From: Pseudomonadota bacterium
GTDB taxonomy: Bacteria; Bdellovibrionota_B; Oligoflexia; Silvanigrellales; Silvanigrellaceae
Direction: 5' to 3'
Assembly (NCBI GenBank): GCA_039799905.1
Contig: JBDLRP010000050.1
Coordinates: forward strand, 1-15,726
Length of the DNA: 15,726 nt
The notes beneath the pieces were generated by a model. That model was not told where the DNA came from. It worked only from the letters and a program-made list of their open reading frames with translations, and searched no databases. Each line of letters opens with the position of its first letter. The stretch's first letter is position 1. Position numbers and translations under genes: made by a program. Shown here piece by piece: positions 8,076 through 15,726 of this stretch.

Positions 8076-9872
8076 TTGAAAGATTCTGAAAGTGAGCAAA
8101 AAGCTCAATTCAATTTCAAGAAGAAAAGCTCTTTTTACCTTTGGTTTCAGATACTTGAATCCAATACAACAAGCTATTTCATAACGCTCGCTGCGGGTCT
8201 GCTATCGATTGTTCCTGCAACAGCACTCGTTCTTCTCGTGACCTATACGATTTCGATGCTTCAGGGCACACCCAGAGCTCTACCTTGGCCGGACTTACTG
8301 GGAGAGCATGCGAGTCGATGGGTTATCCCGCTCGTACGAGGCACCGCCTACGAGTCCGGACTCTCGTTGCAAGCGCAAAAGTGGTTCATGGTTCCCGCCC
8401 TTATTGCAACTGCCGTACTTGGCAACCTTCTAAAATCGTTTCAGGAATATAAAATTGAAGATATCGGCGAACGAATTAGCCGGCGTTTGAGGTCTGCTGT
8501 TGCTGCAAAATTCCTGCGGACGAATTTTGAGGGTGCGCAACAGATTTCCGGATCTTTGCTCGCAAATTTAGTCGGCGACGACACTCGGGAAATACGCCAA
8601 TGCTTCACACGCCTTTTTGGCAGCGTTCCCGTCGAACTGATCGCTGCATTCGTTTATTTCACGTTGCTCGCTGTTTTGGACACACAGCTTTTCATTTTGT
8701 TCTTTGCGATTTTTCTGCCGGCTGGAATCATCGTGAGACTGACTGGTAAATACCTCAGAAGCCTTGCCAAAGCAGGAGTCGATGTTCAGACTGAACTCAC
8801 TCAGTCTTTCCTCGAGAAAATGCGCGGCTGGCAAACCATCCGAACATTCTCAGCGCAAGATTTCGAACTTCGCCGTTTCGACGGCAAGAACAGCGTTATC
8901 TTCAACATCTGGCGACGATCCGCACGTGCAAAAGCATTGTCGGCTCCAAGTGTCGAATGGCTGGGAATAGCCGCCGGAGCGTGTGTGCTTATTTTGGCCT
9001 TGCGCCGAGTTTCTGAAGGAGCGCTTCCGAGCAGCATCCTCACTGCTTTTCTCGTGACTGTGGCTCAACTGTCCAATTCATTTCAAACGATCGTGAGTCA
9101 ACTCAATTCAACAAAAAAAGGCAATGCGGCACTGCGTAGACTGAAGGATTTTCTTGATACCGAGACCGGCGTCGTAATTGAAAAACCGCCCGACTCTCCT
9201 GATCGGATACCAGATACAGAAAAAAGACAACATGCTGGCAGTTTTTCATTCGAAATGAATGCAATTTCACTCAGGCATCCCAGCAATGATTCTCATTTTC
9301 TATGCCGTGATCTTGATGTTCGTTTACAGAACGGCGACTCACTTGCAATTACCGGGCCGTCAGGCTCCGGCAAGTCCACACTGATGGAATGCCTTGCGGG
9401 TTTGCGAAAGCCTTTTTCAGGCTCAACAACTTTGAGGCTGAAAGACAAATGTATAGAAAACCCAACCACAGCCGAGCATCTGAAACTCGCTTATTTGTCG
9501 CAAGAACCTTTTGTATTTGCGGGTTCCATTGGCGAAAATGTCTCCTATCCCGAGCAATTTAATTCTAGTTCGCAAAAGCAGGCGGAAAAAATTCTTGACT
9601 CCCTGAGAAAGGCTTGTCTCGCTTCCAAGGACATTCAACAGAATGCCCTTAATTTGTCGGGTGGTGAGCGCCAGCGTCTTATTTTCGCCCGCGGTTTTTA
9701 CAACGAGCCGAATCTTTGGATGATTGACGAGGGAACTTCGGCGCTGGATGCTCAGACAGAACAAGAACTGATGAACAACTTGCAGAGCGCCTCTCCTGAT
9801 TCGCTCAAAATAATAATTGCGCACCGCCCATCGCTGATTGGCTTCACGAACAAACGACTTACTTTGGGATAA
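8076..9872 (+). CDS. ABC exporter, fused TMD-NBD half transporter (MsbA-like, type IV)
   Basis: About six TM helices, then Walker A GPSGSGKST, Q-loop YLSQEP, signature LSGGERQR, Walker B/D-loop MIDEGTSALD and H-loop IAHR. TTG start with GAGG upstream. Confidence 0.9.
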   Translation: MKDSESEQKAQFNFKKKSSFYLWFQILESNTTSYFITLAAGLLSIVPATALVLLVTYTISMLQGTPRALPWPDLLGEHASRWVIPLVRGTAYESGLSLQAQKWFMVPALIATAVLGNLLKSFQEYKIEDIGERISRRLRSAVAAKFLRTNFEGAQQISGSLLANLVGDDTREIRQCFTRLFGSVPVELIAAFVYFTLLAVLDTQLFILFFAIFLPAGIIVRLTGKYLRSLAKAGVDVQTELTQSFLEKMRGWQTIRTFSAQDFELRRFDGKNSVIFNIWRRSARAKALSAPSVEWLGIAAGACVLILALRRVSEGALPSSILTAFLVTVAQLSNSFQTIVSQLNSTKKGNAALRRLKDFLDTETGVVIEKPPDSPDRIPDTEKRQHAGSFSFEMNAISLRHPSNDSHFLCRDLDVRLQNGDSLAITGPSGSGKSTLMECLAGLRKPFSGSTTLRLKDKCIENPTTAEHLKLAYLSQEPFVFAGSIGENVSYPEQFNSSSQKQAEKILDSLRKACLASKDIQQNALNLSGGERQRLIFARGFYNEPNLWMIDEGTSALDAQTEQELMNNLQSASPDSLKIIIAHRPSLIGFTNKRLTLG

Positions 9873-9892
9873 ATCTGAAAGGAAGAACACAC

Positions 9893-11449
9893 ATGCAGCT
9901 TTTGCAAGCCATCATTGCAGATCAAGAATTCCGCGCTAGCGAAGGACTTTTTAAATCCCTCAATCCGGCCGACATCAGAGACGTTGTCGGTGTATTTTCC
10001 AGCGCCGACAAAGACATCTGTAGAAAAGCCTGCGTCGCAGCAAAAGAGGCATTTCCTGAGTGGTCCAGAACGCCCGCTCCAGTACGAGCATCGGTGCTGC
10101 AGAATTTTGCACACCTCATAGAGAAAAATAAGACCGCACTCGCTCAACTCGTTACGAGAGAAATGGGAAAACCATTCCGCGAAGCACTTGGCGACGTGCA
10201 GGAAGCCATCGACACCTGCCATTTCTTCGTTTCAGAAGGCCGTAGGCTTTATGGTCAAACCATCCCAAGTGAAATGCCGGACAAGGAGCTCTACACTTAC
10301 AGACGACCAGTTGGAGTTTTCGCCTGCATTACCGCGGGCAACTTTCCAGTCGCGGTGCCGTCCTGGTATTTTGTACCCGCCTTGCTCTGCGGAAATACAT
10401 GCGTATGGAAACCCTCGGAGGATACTCCCGAAACCTCTCTGGCGTTCTTCAGGCTACTGAAGGCGGCGGGAATTCCCAAAGGCGTTTTCAACATCGTGTT
10501 CGGCGAGGGCCCCACCACCGGTGCAGCACTCGTAGAACTGGTTGACGAGAGTCTTATTGATAAGTTCGGATTCACAGGTAGCACTGAAATTGGACGCAGG
10601 ATCGGCGAGGTTTGTGGAAGAAACCTGCAGACACCATGCCTCGAACTTGGAGGGAAGAACCCACTGGTTGTTGCTCCTGACGCAAATTTGGACGCAGCGC
10701 TGCACGGAGTCCTGTGGGCAGCATTCGGAACGGCTGGCCAACGTTGCACTTCACTTGGCAATATGATTCTTCACGAGTCCATCAAAGATAAATTTCTCAC
10801 CGCTCTCATGGAGAAAATGGCTGCAATGAAAATTGGCGATCCCAAATCGTCGGACATTTTTTACGGGCCATTGATCAGTCAGAAATTCCTCGACAATCAT
10901 CTCAAAAATTTGGACACACTTGTAAAGCCTCATCATCGGCTGCTGACTCAGCAGAACGGACGAATAACAAAAGGCTCGATGTGGAAAAATTTTTCCGGAG
11001 AGAGTGAGCATGGACTCTACGCATTTCCGACAATCGTTGATGGAGTCGAGAGGGGTGACGAAATCTTCAGCACAGAAACTTTTGGTCCACTGATAAACGT
11101 GCTTACTTACAACAAATTGGACGACGCGATCGCTCTCGCCAATGCCACAGGATTCGGCTTAAGCTCCTCCATTTACACACAGAATCTGCAGAATATTTAT
11201 CAATTCAAAACCCGGATTTCTGCCGGCATGACAAGTATCAACAACAGCACAACGGGAGCTGAGGCGCACTTGCCTTTTGGTGGTAATGGCAAGAGCGGCA
11301 ACGGCAGCCGCCAATCGGGAATCTGGGTGCTTGATCAATTCACACGCTGGCAGGCCGTGAACATGGACCTGAGCGGCCGTCTTCAGCTGGCCCAAATGGA
11401 CACTGGGTATATTTCTCCTAGCGAGATAGTTTTGCCCACTCAATTCTGA
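9893..11449 (+). CDS. NAD(P)-dependent aldehyde dehydrogenase
   Basis: GNFP, WKPSE, FTGSTEIG, LELGGKN (general base Glu), AGQRCTS (catalytic Cys), ETFGP and LPFGG motifs. SD GAAAGGAAG upstream. Confidence 0.95.
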   Translation: MQLLQAIIADQEFRASEGLFKSLNPADIRDVVGVFSSADKDICRKACVAAKEAFPEWSRTPAPVRASVLQNFAHLIEKNKTALAQLVTREMGKPFREALGDVQEAIDTCHFFVSEGRRLYGQTIPSEMPDKELYTYRRPVGVFACITAGNFPVAVPSWYFVPALLCGNTCVWKPSEDTPETSLAFFRLLKAAGIPKGVFNIVFGEGPTTGAALVELVDESLIDKFGFTGSTEIGRRIGEVCGRNLQTPCLELGGKNPLVVAPDANLDAALHGVLWAAFGTAGQRCTSLGNMILHESIKDKFLTALMEKMAAMKIGDPKSSDIFYGPLISQKFLDNHLKNLDTLVKPHHRLLTQQNGRITKGSMWKNFSGESEHGLYAFPTIVDGVERGDEIFSTETFGPLINVLTYNKLDDAIALANATGFGLSSSIYTQNLQNIYQFKTRISAGMTSINNSTTGAEAHLPFGGNGKSGNGSRQSGIWVLDQFTRWQAVNMDLSGRLQLAQMDTGYISPSEIVLPTQF

Positions 11450-11451
11450 AC

Positions 11452-11490
11452 GCAGCACTGCATTTACTAGTGCATGGTGCGCTGCTTCTC
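11452..11490 (+). terminator. Imperfect stem-loop after the ALDH gene (weak terminator or processing hairpin)
   Basis: GCAGCACTGCA-TTTACTAG-TGCATGGTGCGCTGC followed by TTCTC. The stem is bulged and there is no real U-tract. Confidence 0.35.
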
Positions 11491-11525
11491 CCAGATACAA
11501 TGGAAGGTGAGTCTGGGAGAACACC

Positions 11526-14500
11526 ATGGAACAGCTTTCGCCATTCGATCAGTACCTGACAGCTGAGCTTGAAACCGAACGGTGTAAGACAATTCCGAAA
11601 CTTGCAACGCCATCAGCGGAATCGGCTGAGTCGCTCGCCATGTGGTCGGTCATGGCCATGCTTCCTTCCAGACTGGAACGTGTTCAACTTGCAAGCTCGC
11701 TTCACGTCAGCAGTTCTCCAGAAGGAAGTTGGGCGCTTTGTACCTCGCTTCTGCAGGACAGCGAACAAGACGTTGTTGGCAATGCAATAAACTCGATGAC
11801 ACGGGCCAGAACCCGAGGATTCGCGCATAGAGCATTTCACTACTTGAAGAGTCCCGAACGGCCACAGCGAATACTCTATTGTCTTGCAAGGTACTGTGAA
11901 GAGGCCGATGACAGAAGAATCGCAGAGCAGCTTGCACCGACATTGGCCTCTGATCTCTCAGACGCCTATTTGGCACGCTCCTTCAATGCGCTTTATAAGC
12001 ACGGAATTAAGAGTGATGCAGCCTTACGCGTCGCGATGGAACTCGTTGAGTCGCACATTGATGCAACAAACATGGACAGAAAAGCGGCGGTCGCAGCGAT
12101 TACATATCTATTCTTTGCGGGCTCCAAGGAGCACATAGAGAAGTTGAAGGCTATTCAACAGCGTGTCACGATTCCTGAACTGCGCAGACTCCTCACTTGG
12201 GGAATTCAAGAGATCGCGCATATCTGCCAGAGTCAAGACATCAGTCTTGGTACATTGTCGGCAATTGTTTTTTGGGACAGAAATCTGAATACCGCCAACT
12301 CAAATTATACGGGCTATGGATGCTTCAGCTCTGATGATCTTTTGACTGGACTGCGCCAATTGGAAAAGTCAGCAAAGCTGCCGAGCAACCCACTGCTCAC
12401 TGAAAAAATTCTCAATTTGGGCGACCCAAGCTGCTCAAATTGGCTTGCGGAACACCCAAAGTTTGGTATCAGCAACGTTGAAAAGGACAATGACGCTAAA
12501 ATCGCTGTCTGGAAGCGGCATGCGACGCAAAAGGCACTTGCCTTCTTGGACTCAGTTCTCAATCACACAAATTGTCACCTCTGGCATGGAGAAAGTCCTG
12601 AGCTTCTTTCCCTGCTCCTTAAGTCAGACATTCTCAGCAACCTTACAAAATACGAGAGCACGTGGCTCAGCGGCGCGCGCAGCGCCCAATGGAAAACTGC
12701 TCTTAATATTTACCTTGGCTCACTTCTGGCAATCGAGAATCTGGTCATCAACCACGAACACTCAGAAGATATTTTTGAAAAAACAATCAGGAAAATATGC
12801 TCCGAGCTCAAGAAATTGAGACAACAAGCAGGAAACGATGAAAGCCTGATCAGGAACTCTGTTCTGGGTTGCATGATTGGATCGCCCCTAAGTCATCCTG
12901 AAATAAGGTCGCTCGTACTCGACAGCATGGACGCCGTTGACTGGTGGGACATTGCTTCTGCATTTCTGACTGACAACAACACCGAGCATATCCGTTCTCT
13001 GTTGAACCGTTTTGAGTCACTGGCACGGGGTTCCAATGGCAAAACGTTATCAGACAAAGATGTACTGAGCTTTGCCCGGACGATGGCTCTTTCCATCGTA
13101 AATAGCCATCCCGAAAAATGTTCTGATGAGTTGAAAGCTCTGGTCTGCAAAACAGGGCGATTCGTAGAACTTCTCGATCCCAATCAAAATGTCTCAACAC
13201 TGGCTGCCGATAGTGAAGATGAGCAAATCGAAAGCGATGAGTCGTCTCAAAGTGCGACCGATTGGTCGGGTTACACCGTGGTTGACCGACCGATCGCTCG
13301 TTGGGGCGTCATACTTGGAATACTGTTTGAAGGCGAAGATGACTCTGACAAAGCGCGCCTCGAAGAACGTTCGCAGTTTCTCGCCGAAGCGATGCGTACT
13401 TCACCGCATGTTGAAAAACGCTGGATTCTGCGTGCATTGGCGAGCCTTCAAACTGACCAAGCGGTGAAGACCATCCTTTATCAGGGACTTCAGCACATCG
13501 ATGCCGAATTTGTTGCGCAATCTATTCGTGAGCTTTTGCCGTCAACACATCCACGTGCGCAGCAAGCGCTCATCCGCTGCGTCGGGAGAAATGCGATTTC
13601 AGATGATCTCAAACTCAACATTCTAGAAGATATTAATATCAACAATCCAGATGAAATATTGCAAGAGCTCAGAACACTCGAGATTCTCAGACTTCCGCAG
13701 CACATTGATGATGCCGTGCGTGATACAGTCGGACGGGTGGCTGCCGCGATTGATGAGTCGCAGCGGCTCGAACCGGAACCGCAACAAGGAAAAGTCGTCA
13801 GACTGGACGGACAAGATGTCGACTCCACGATACGAGGACTTTTGCCCAACCATGATTATCTGACAGTGGATTCTCGATCGGCACTCCGAACTGCCGAGAT
13901 GATTCTCATCCAGAGCCGCAGTTGGACCCAAGGCGGCATGGACCTCAGCCCGATTGTCAACATGCATTGCAAAGCCGTAGAGCTCGTTCTCAGGGATTCT
14001 TTCGAACCGTTTACAGATGCACTACTCCGCAAGGGACAATTGTCTCGCAAACTAGACATCCTTGGTTATGCACGTCCAATTCCTGAAAAAATGCAGGTCT
14101 TCGAGGATACGCTTGCCAGCCTGCCAGTGATTCGATCCATTCCCTACTTCTCAAAATTCAAATTGAGAAAAATGCTCCGCGGTGTGTGCCTGTACAGACC
14201 TGGAAAAAGATTCACTCTTGACGGGCCCAAGGCGTTTGCTCTGTTCTTTCTTGTTGTTTCGCGACAAAGCTGCACATTTGGCTTGGAAAAAATGCTCAGC
14301 CTCGGTTTCAAGAGCGATCAAGACCTCTTCGAGTACATCAAACTGATTCATTCTCTGCAAGACAGCAGAAACCGTGCGGTGCACGAGGGCCTGACGTGGG
14401 AAGCCAAAGATGAAATTGAATCGATGAGAGCCCAGGCTTTCAAGATCATCGACATTTCACTCAAGATTAAGAAACACCTGAGCAGCAGCGAAGGCGTTTC

Positions 14501-14531
14501 ATCGATGAGTGGACTGGGAATGGGAGCGTAA
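11526..14531 (+). CDS. Large HEAT/armadillo-like repeat protein with putative C-terminal HEPN domain
   Basis: 1001-aa ORF with SD GGGAGA. HEAT-like units (SLLQDSEQDVVGNAINSM; EKRWILRALASLQTDQAVKTIL; STHPRAQQALIRC) and an acidic linker. The C-terminal region has KAVELVLR (E-x3-R, aa 819-823) and RNRAVH (R-x4-H, aa 948-953). Confidence 0.7.
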   Translation: MEQLSPFDQYLTAELETERCKTIPKLATPSAESAESLAMWSVMAMLPSRLERVQLASSLHVSSSPEGSWALCTSLLQDSEQDVVGNAINSMTRARTRGFAHRAFHYLKSPERPQRILYCLARYCEEADDRRIAEQLAPTLASDLSDAYLARSFNALYKHGIKSDAALRVAMELVESHIDATNMDRKAAVAAITYLFFAGSKEHIEKLKAIQQRVTIPELRRLLTWGIQEIAHICQSQDISLGTLSAIVFWDRNLNTANSNYTGYGCFSSDDLLTGLRQLEKSAKLPSNPLLTEKILNLGDPSCSNWLAEHPKFGISNVEKDNDAKIAVWKRHATQKALAFLDSVLNHTNCHLWHGESPELLSLLLKSDILSNLTKYESTWLSGARSAQWKTALNIYLGSLLAIENLVINHEHSEDIFEKTIRKICSELKKLRQQAGNDESLIRNSVLGCMIGSPLSHPEIRSLVLDSMDAVDWWDIASAFLTDNNTEHIRSLLNRFESLARGSNGKTLSDKDVLSFARTMALSIVNSHPEKCSDELKALVCKTGRFVELLDPNQNVSTLAADSEDEQIESDESSQSATDWSGYTVVDRPIARWGVILGILFEGEDDSDKARLEERSQFLAEAMRTSPHVEKRWILRALASLQTDQAVKTILYQGLQHIDAEFVAQSIRELLPSTHPRAQQALIRCVGRNAISDDLKLNILEDININNPDEILQELRTLEILRLPQHIDDAVRDTVGRVAAAIDESQRLEPEPQQGKVVRLDGQDVDSTIRGLLPNHDYLTVDSRSALRTAEMILIQSRSWTQGGMDLSPIVNMHCKAVELVLRDSFEPFTDALLRKGQLSRKLDILGYARPIPEKMQVFEDTLASLPVIRSIPYFSKFKLRKMLRGVCLYRPGKRFTLDGPKAFALFFLVVSRQSCTFGLEKMLSLGFKSDQDLFEYIKLIHSLQDSRNRAVHEGLTWEAKDEIESMRAQAFKIIDISLKIKKHLSSSEGVSSMSGLGMGA

Positions 14532-14537
14532 CCGGCC

Positions 14538-15461
14538 ATGGGACTTCGAATTCAAACAAACGTTCAGTCGATAAACGCACAGCGACAACTCGGATTGTCT
14601 ACGTCGCGGCTGAATTCACACATGGAAAAGCTCTCGAGCGGATTTAGAATCAACAAAGCGGCCGATGACGCGGCCGGACTCGCTATCAGCGAAAACCTGC
14701 GAACTGAAGTGCGCGGGATGCAACAAGCGCGCAGAAACGCTCAAGACGGTATTAGCCTCGTGCAAACAGCAGAAGGCGGCCTGAATGAAATCACAAACAT
14801 ACTTTCCCGACTACGGGAGCTCACCGTTCAGGCAGCGAGTGACACCGTCGGACCGGTTGAACGCGGATTTCTGCAAAAAGAATTTGGTGCACTAAAAGAG
14901 GAAATCGACCGCATTGCTAATTCCGCGGACTTCAATGGAACGAAGTTGTTGGTGGGCGAAGCTCAATTTCCTCCTGAAATTGAGTCTGACAGAAACATGC
15001 CGCCACTGGAAATTCAGGTTGGCACGAACTGGAATCAGATACTGGACGGTAAAGACCAATCGAACCCTACAAATATCATCAGAATCGACCTGCAGGATAT
15101 GAATGCCCTGACAGACGGCCCGAACTCGCTCGATTTGGGCAATGCCCAGAGCCCCGAAGGGGCACGTGTCGATACAAAAGAACTGGCTCAATTAAGCATG
15201 GATCGCATCGACAAGGCGATCGAGAAGGTCAACTCCTACCGTGCGACCTTGGGTGCGGTGCAAAACCGCCTGCAGAGTGCCGTCGGCAATCTGGGCATCC
15301 GCATCGAAAACCTTGACGCGGCCAAGTCGCGCATTAAAGACGCCGATTTTGCTGAAGAAACTGCTGGAATGACACAGCAGCAGATTCTCCAGCAGGCAGG
15401 GGTCGCCGTCCTTTCCCAGTCCAATCAGCTGCCTCAGCTGGCGCTCAAACTTTTGGGTTGA
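14538..15461 (+). CDS. fliC: Flagellin (short, D0/D1-dominated)
   Basis: KLSSGFRINKAADDAAGLAISE, RNAQDGISLVQTAEGGLNE, RATLGAVQNRL, SRIKDADFAEE and QQILQQAG...ALKLLG. Confidence 0.97.
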   Translation: MGLRIQTNVQSINAQRQLGLSTSRLNSHMEKLSSGFRINKAADDAAGLAISENLRTEVRGMQQARRNAQDGISLVQTAEGGLNEITNILSRLRELTVQAASDTVGPVERGFLQKEFGALKEEIDRIANSADFNGTKLLVGEAQFPPEIESDRNMPPLEIQVGTNWNQILDGKDQSNPTNIIRIDLQDMNALTDGPNSLDLGNAQSPEGARVDTKELAQLSMDRIDKAIEKVNSYRATLGAVQNRLQSAVGNLGIRIENLDAAKSRIKDADFAEETAGMTQQQILQQAGVAVLSQSNQLPQLALKLLG

Positions 15462-15483
15462 ATCCCCGCAATCTTTCATATAA

Positions 15484-15527
15484 GACGCCGAAACCTCGGG
15501 AAAATTACCGAGTTTGCCAGAGGCGTC
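15484..15527 (+). promoter_or_regulatory. Extended hairpin between the flagellin stop and the next start codon, covering part of its SD
   Basis: GACGCC (15484-89) pairs with GGCGTC (15522-27). AAAC-C-TCGG (15491-99) pairs with CCGAGTTT (15508-15). SD-like AGAGG at 15519-23 and ATG at 15528. Confidence 0.5.
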
Positions 15528-15726
15528 ATGGAACTGGAAAAGCAAAAATCGAAAATATTTGTGCGAAACGTCACTGTACTGGACTGTGGGGTTTGGGATT
15601 TGTACCACGGACCCGTCGGACGCTCTTGGAGCGTCGATGTCGAGTGGTCGGGAACGACCGATGCCGAGGGAGTCGTCATCGACTTCTCACAAGCTAAAAA
15701 ACTCGCAAAAAATGTGATTGATGAGA
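15528..15726 (+). CDS. 6-pyruvoyl-tetrahydropterin synthase / QueD-like T-fold protein, 5' part (truncated by window end; absent from the ORF track)
   Basis: Manual translation MELEKQKSKIFVRNVTVLDCGVWDLYHGPVGRSWSVDVEWSGTTDAEGVVIDFSQAKKLAKNVIDE stays open to the edge. It carries the PTPS-like G.SW.VDV...G......G.V.DF...K......ID pattern. Confidence 0.7.
   Translation, partial: MELEKQKSKIFVRNVTVLDCGVWDLYHGPVGRSWSVDVEWSGTTDAEGVVIDFSQAKKLAKNVIDE

Noticed and set aside
14400..14537. Internal sigma28 promoter for flagellin (TAAG-N15-AGCGAAGG near 14468-14494)
   Set aside because: The -10 match to GCCGATAA is too weak to call.
15484..15527. preQ1 riboswitch or intrinsic terminator
   Set aside because: It lacks the preQ1-I loop and A-rich tail and has no U-tract, so it is kept only as an unclassified hairpin.
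15458..15717. ORFs 15458..15697, 15476..15679 and 15514..15717
   Set aside because: They are alternative frames or antisense to the recognisable PTPS-like frame starting at 15528.
1..15726. CRISPR arrays, IS elements, prophage genes, tandem repeats and the other short nested ORFs in the track
   Set aside because: By eye I found no regularly spaced repeats, terminal inverted repeats or transposase/phage motifs. The nested ORFs are shadow frames of well-supported genes.

Overview
Mostly a core chromosomal segment of a flagellated Gram-negative bacterium. The flagellin N-terminus (MGLRIQTNVQSINAQRQL) resembles Bdellovibrionota/Oligoflexia flagellins as I recall them, so the taxonomy is inference. 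The left end holds the start of an rRNA operon on the minus strand: a sigma70-like promoter, an initiator tRNA-fMet, boxA, and the first ~26 nt of 16S rRNA running off the window. Next come speE (-), an archaeal-type coaBC, a PlsC-family acyltransferase, an alkaline-phosphatase/NPP-family probable lipoprotein and a COG3014-like lipoprotein (all +). A divergent S8 subtilase (-) follows, then an MsbA-like ABC exporter, an aldehyde dehydrogenase, a 1001-aa HEAT-repeat protein with a C-terminal HEPN-like motif pair, an orphan flagellin 6 bp downstream, and the truncated 5' end of a QueD/PTPS-like gene behind a structured leader (all +). The best candidate for an undescribed system is the HEAT-HEPN protein tightly linked to flagellin. 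I saw no CRISPR array, transposase or prophage gene. Family assignments come from motif recognition, not database searches.
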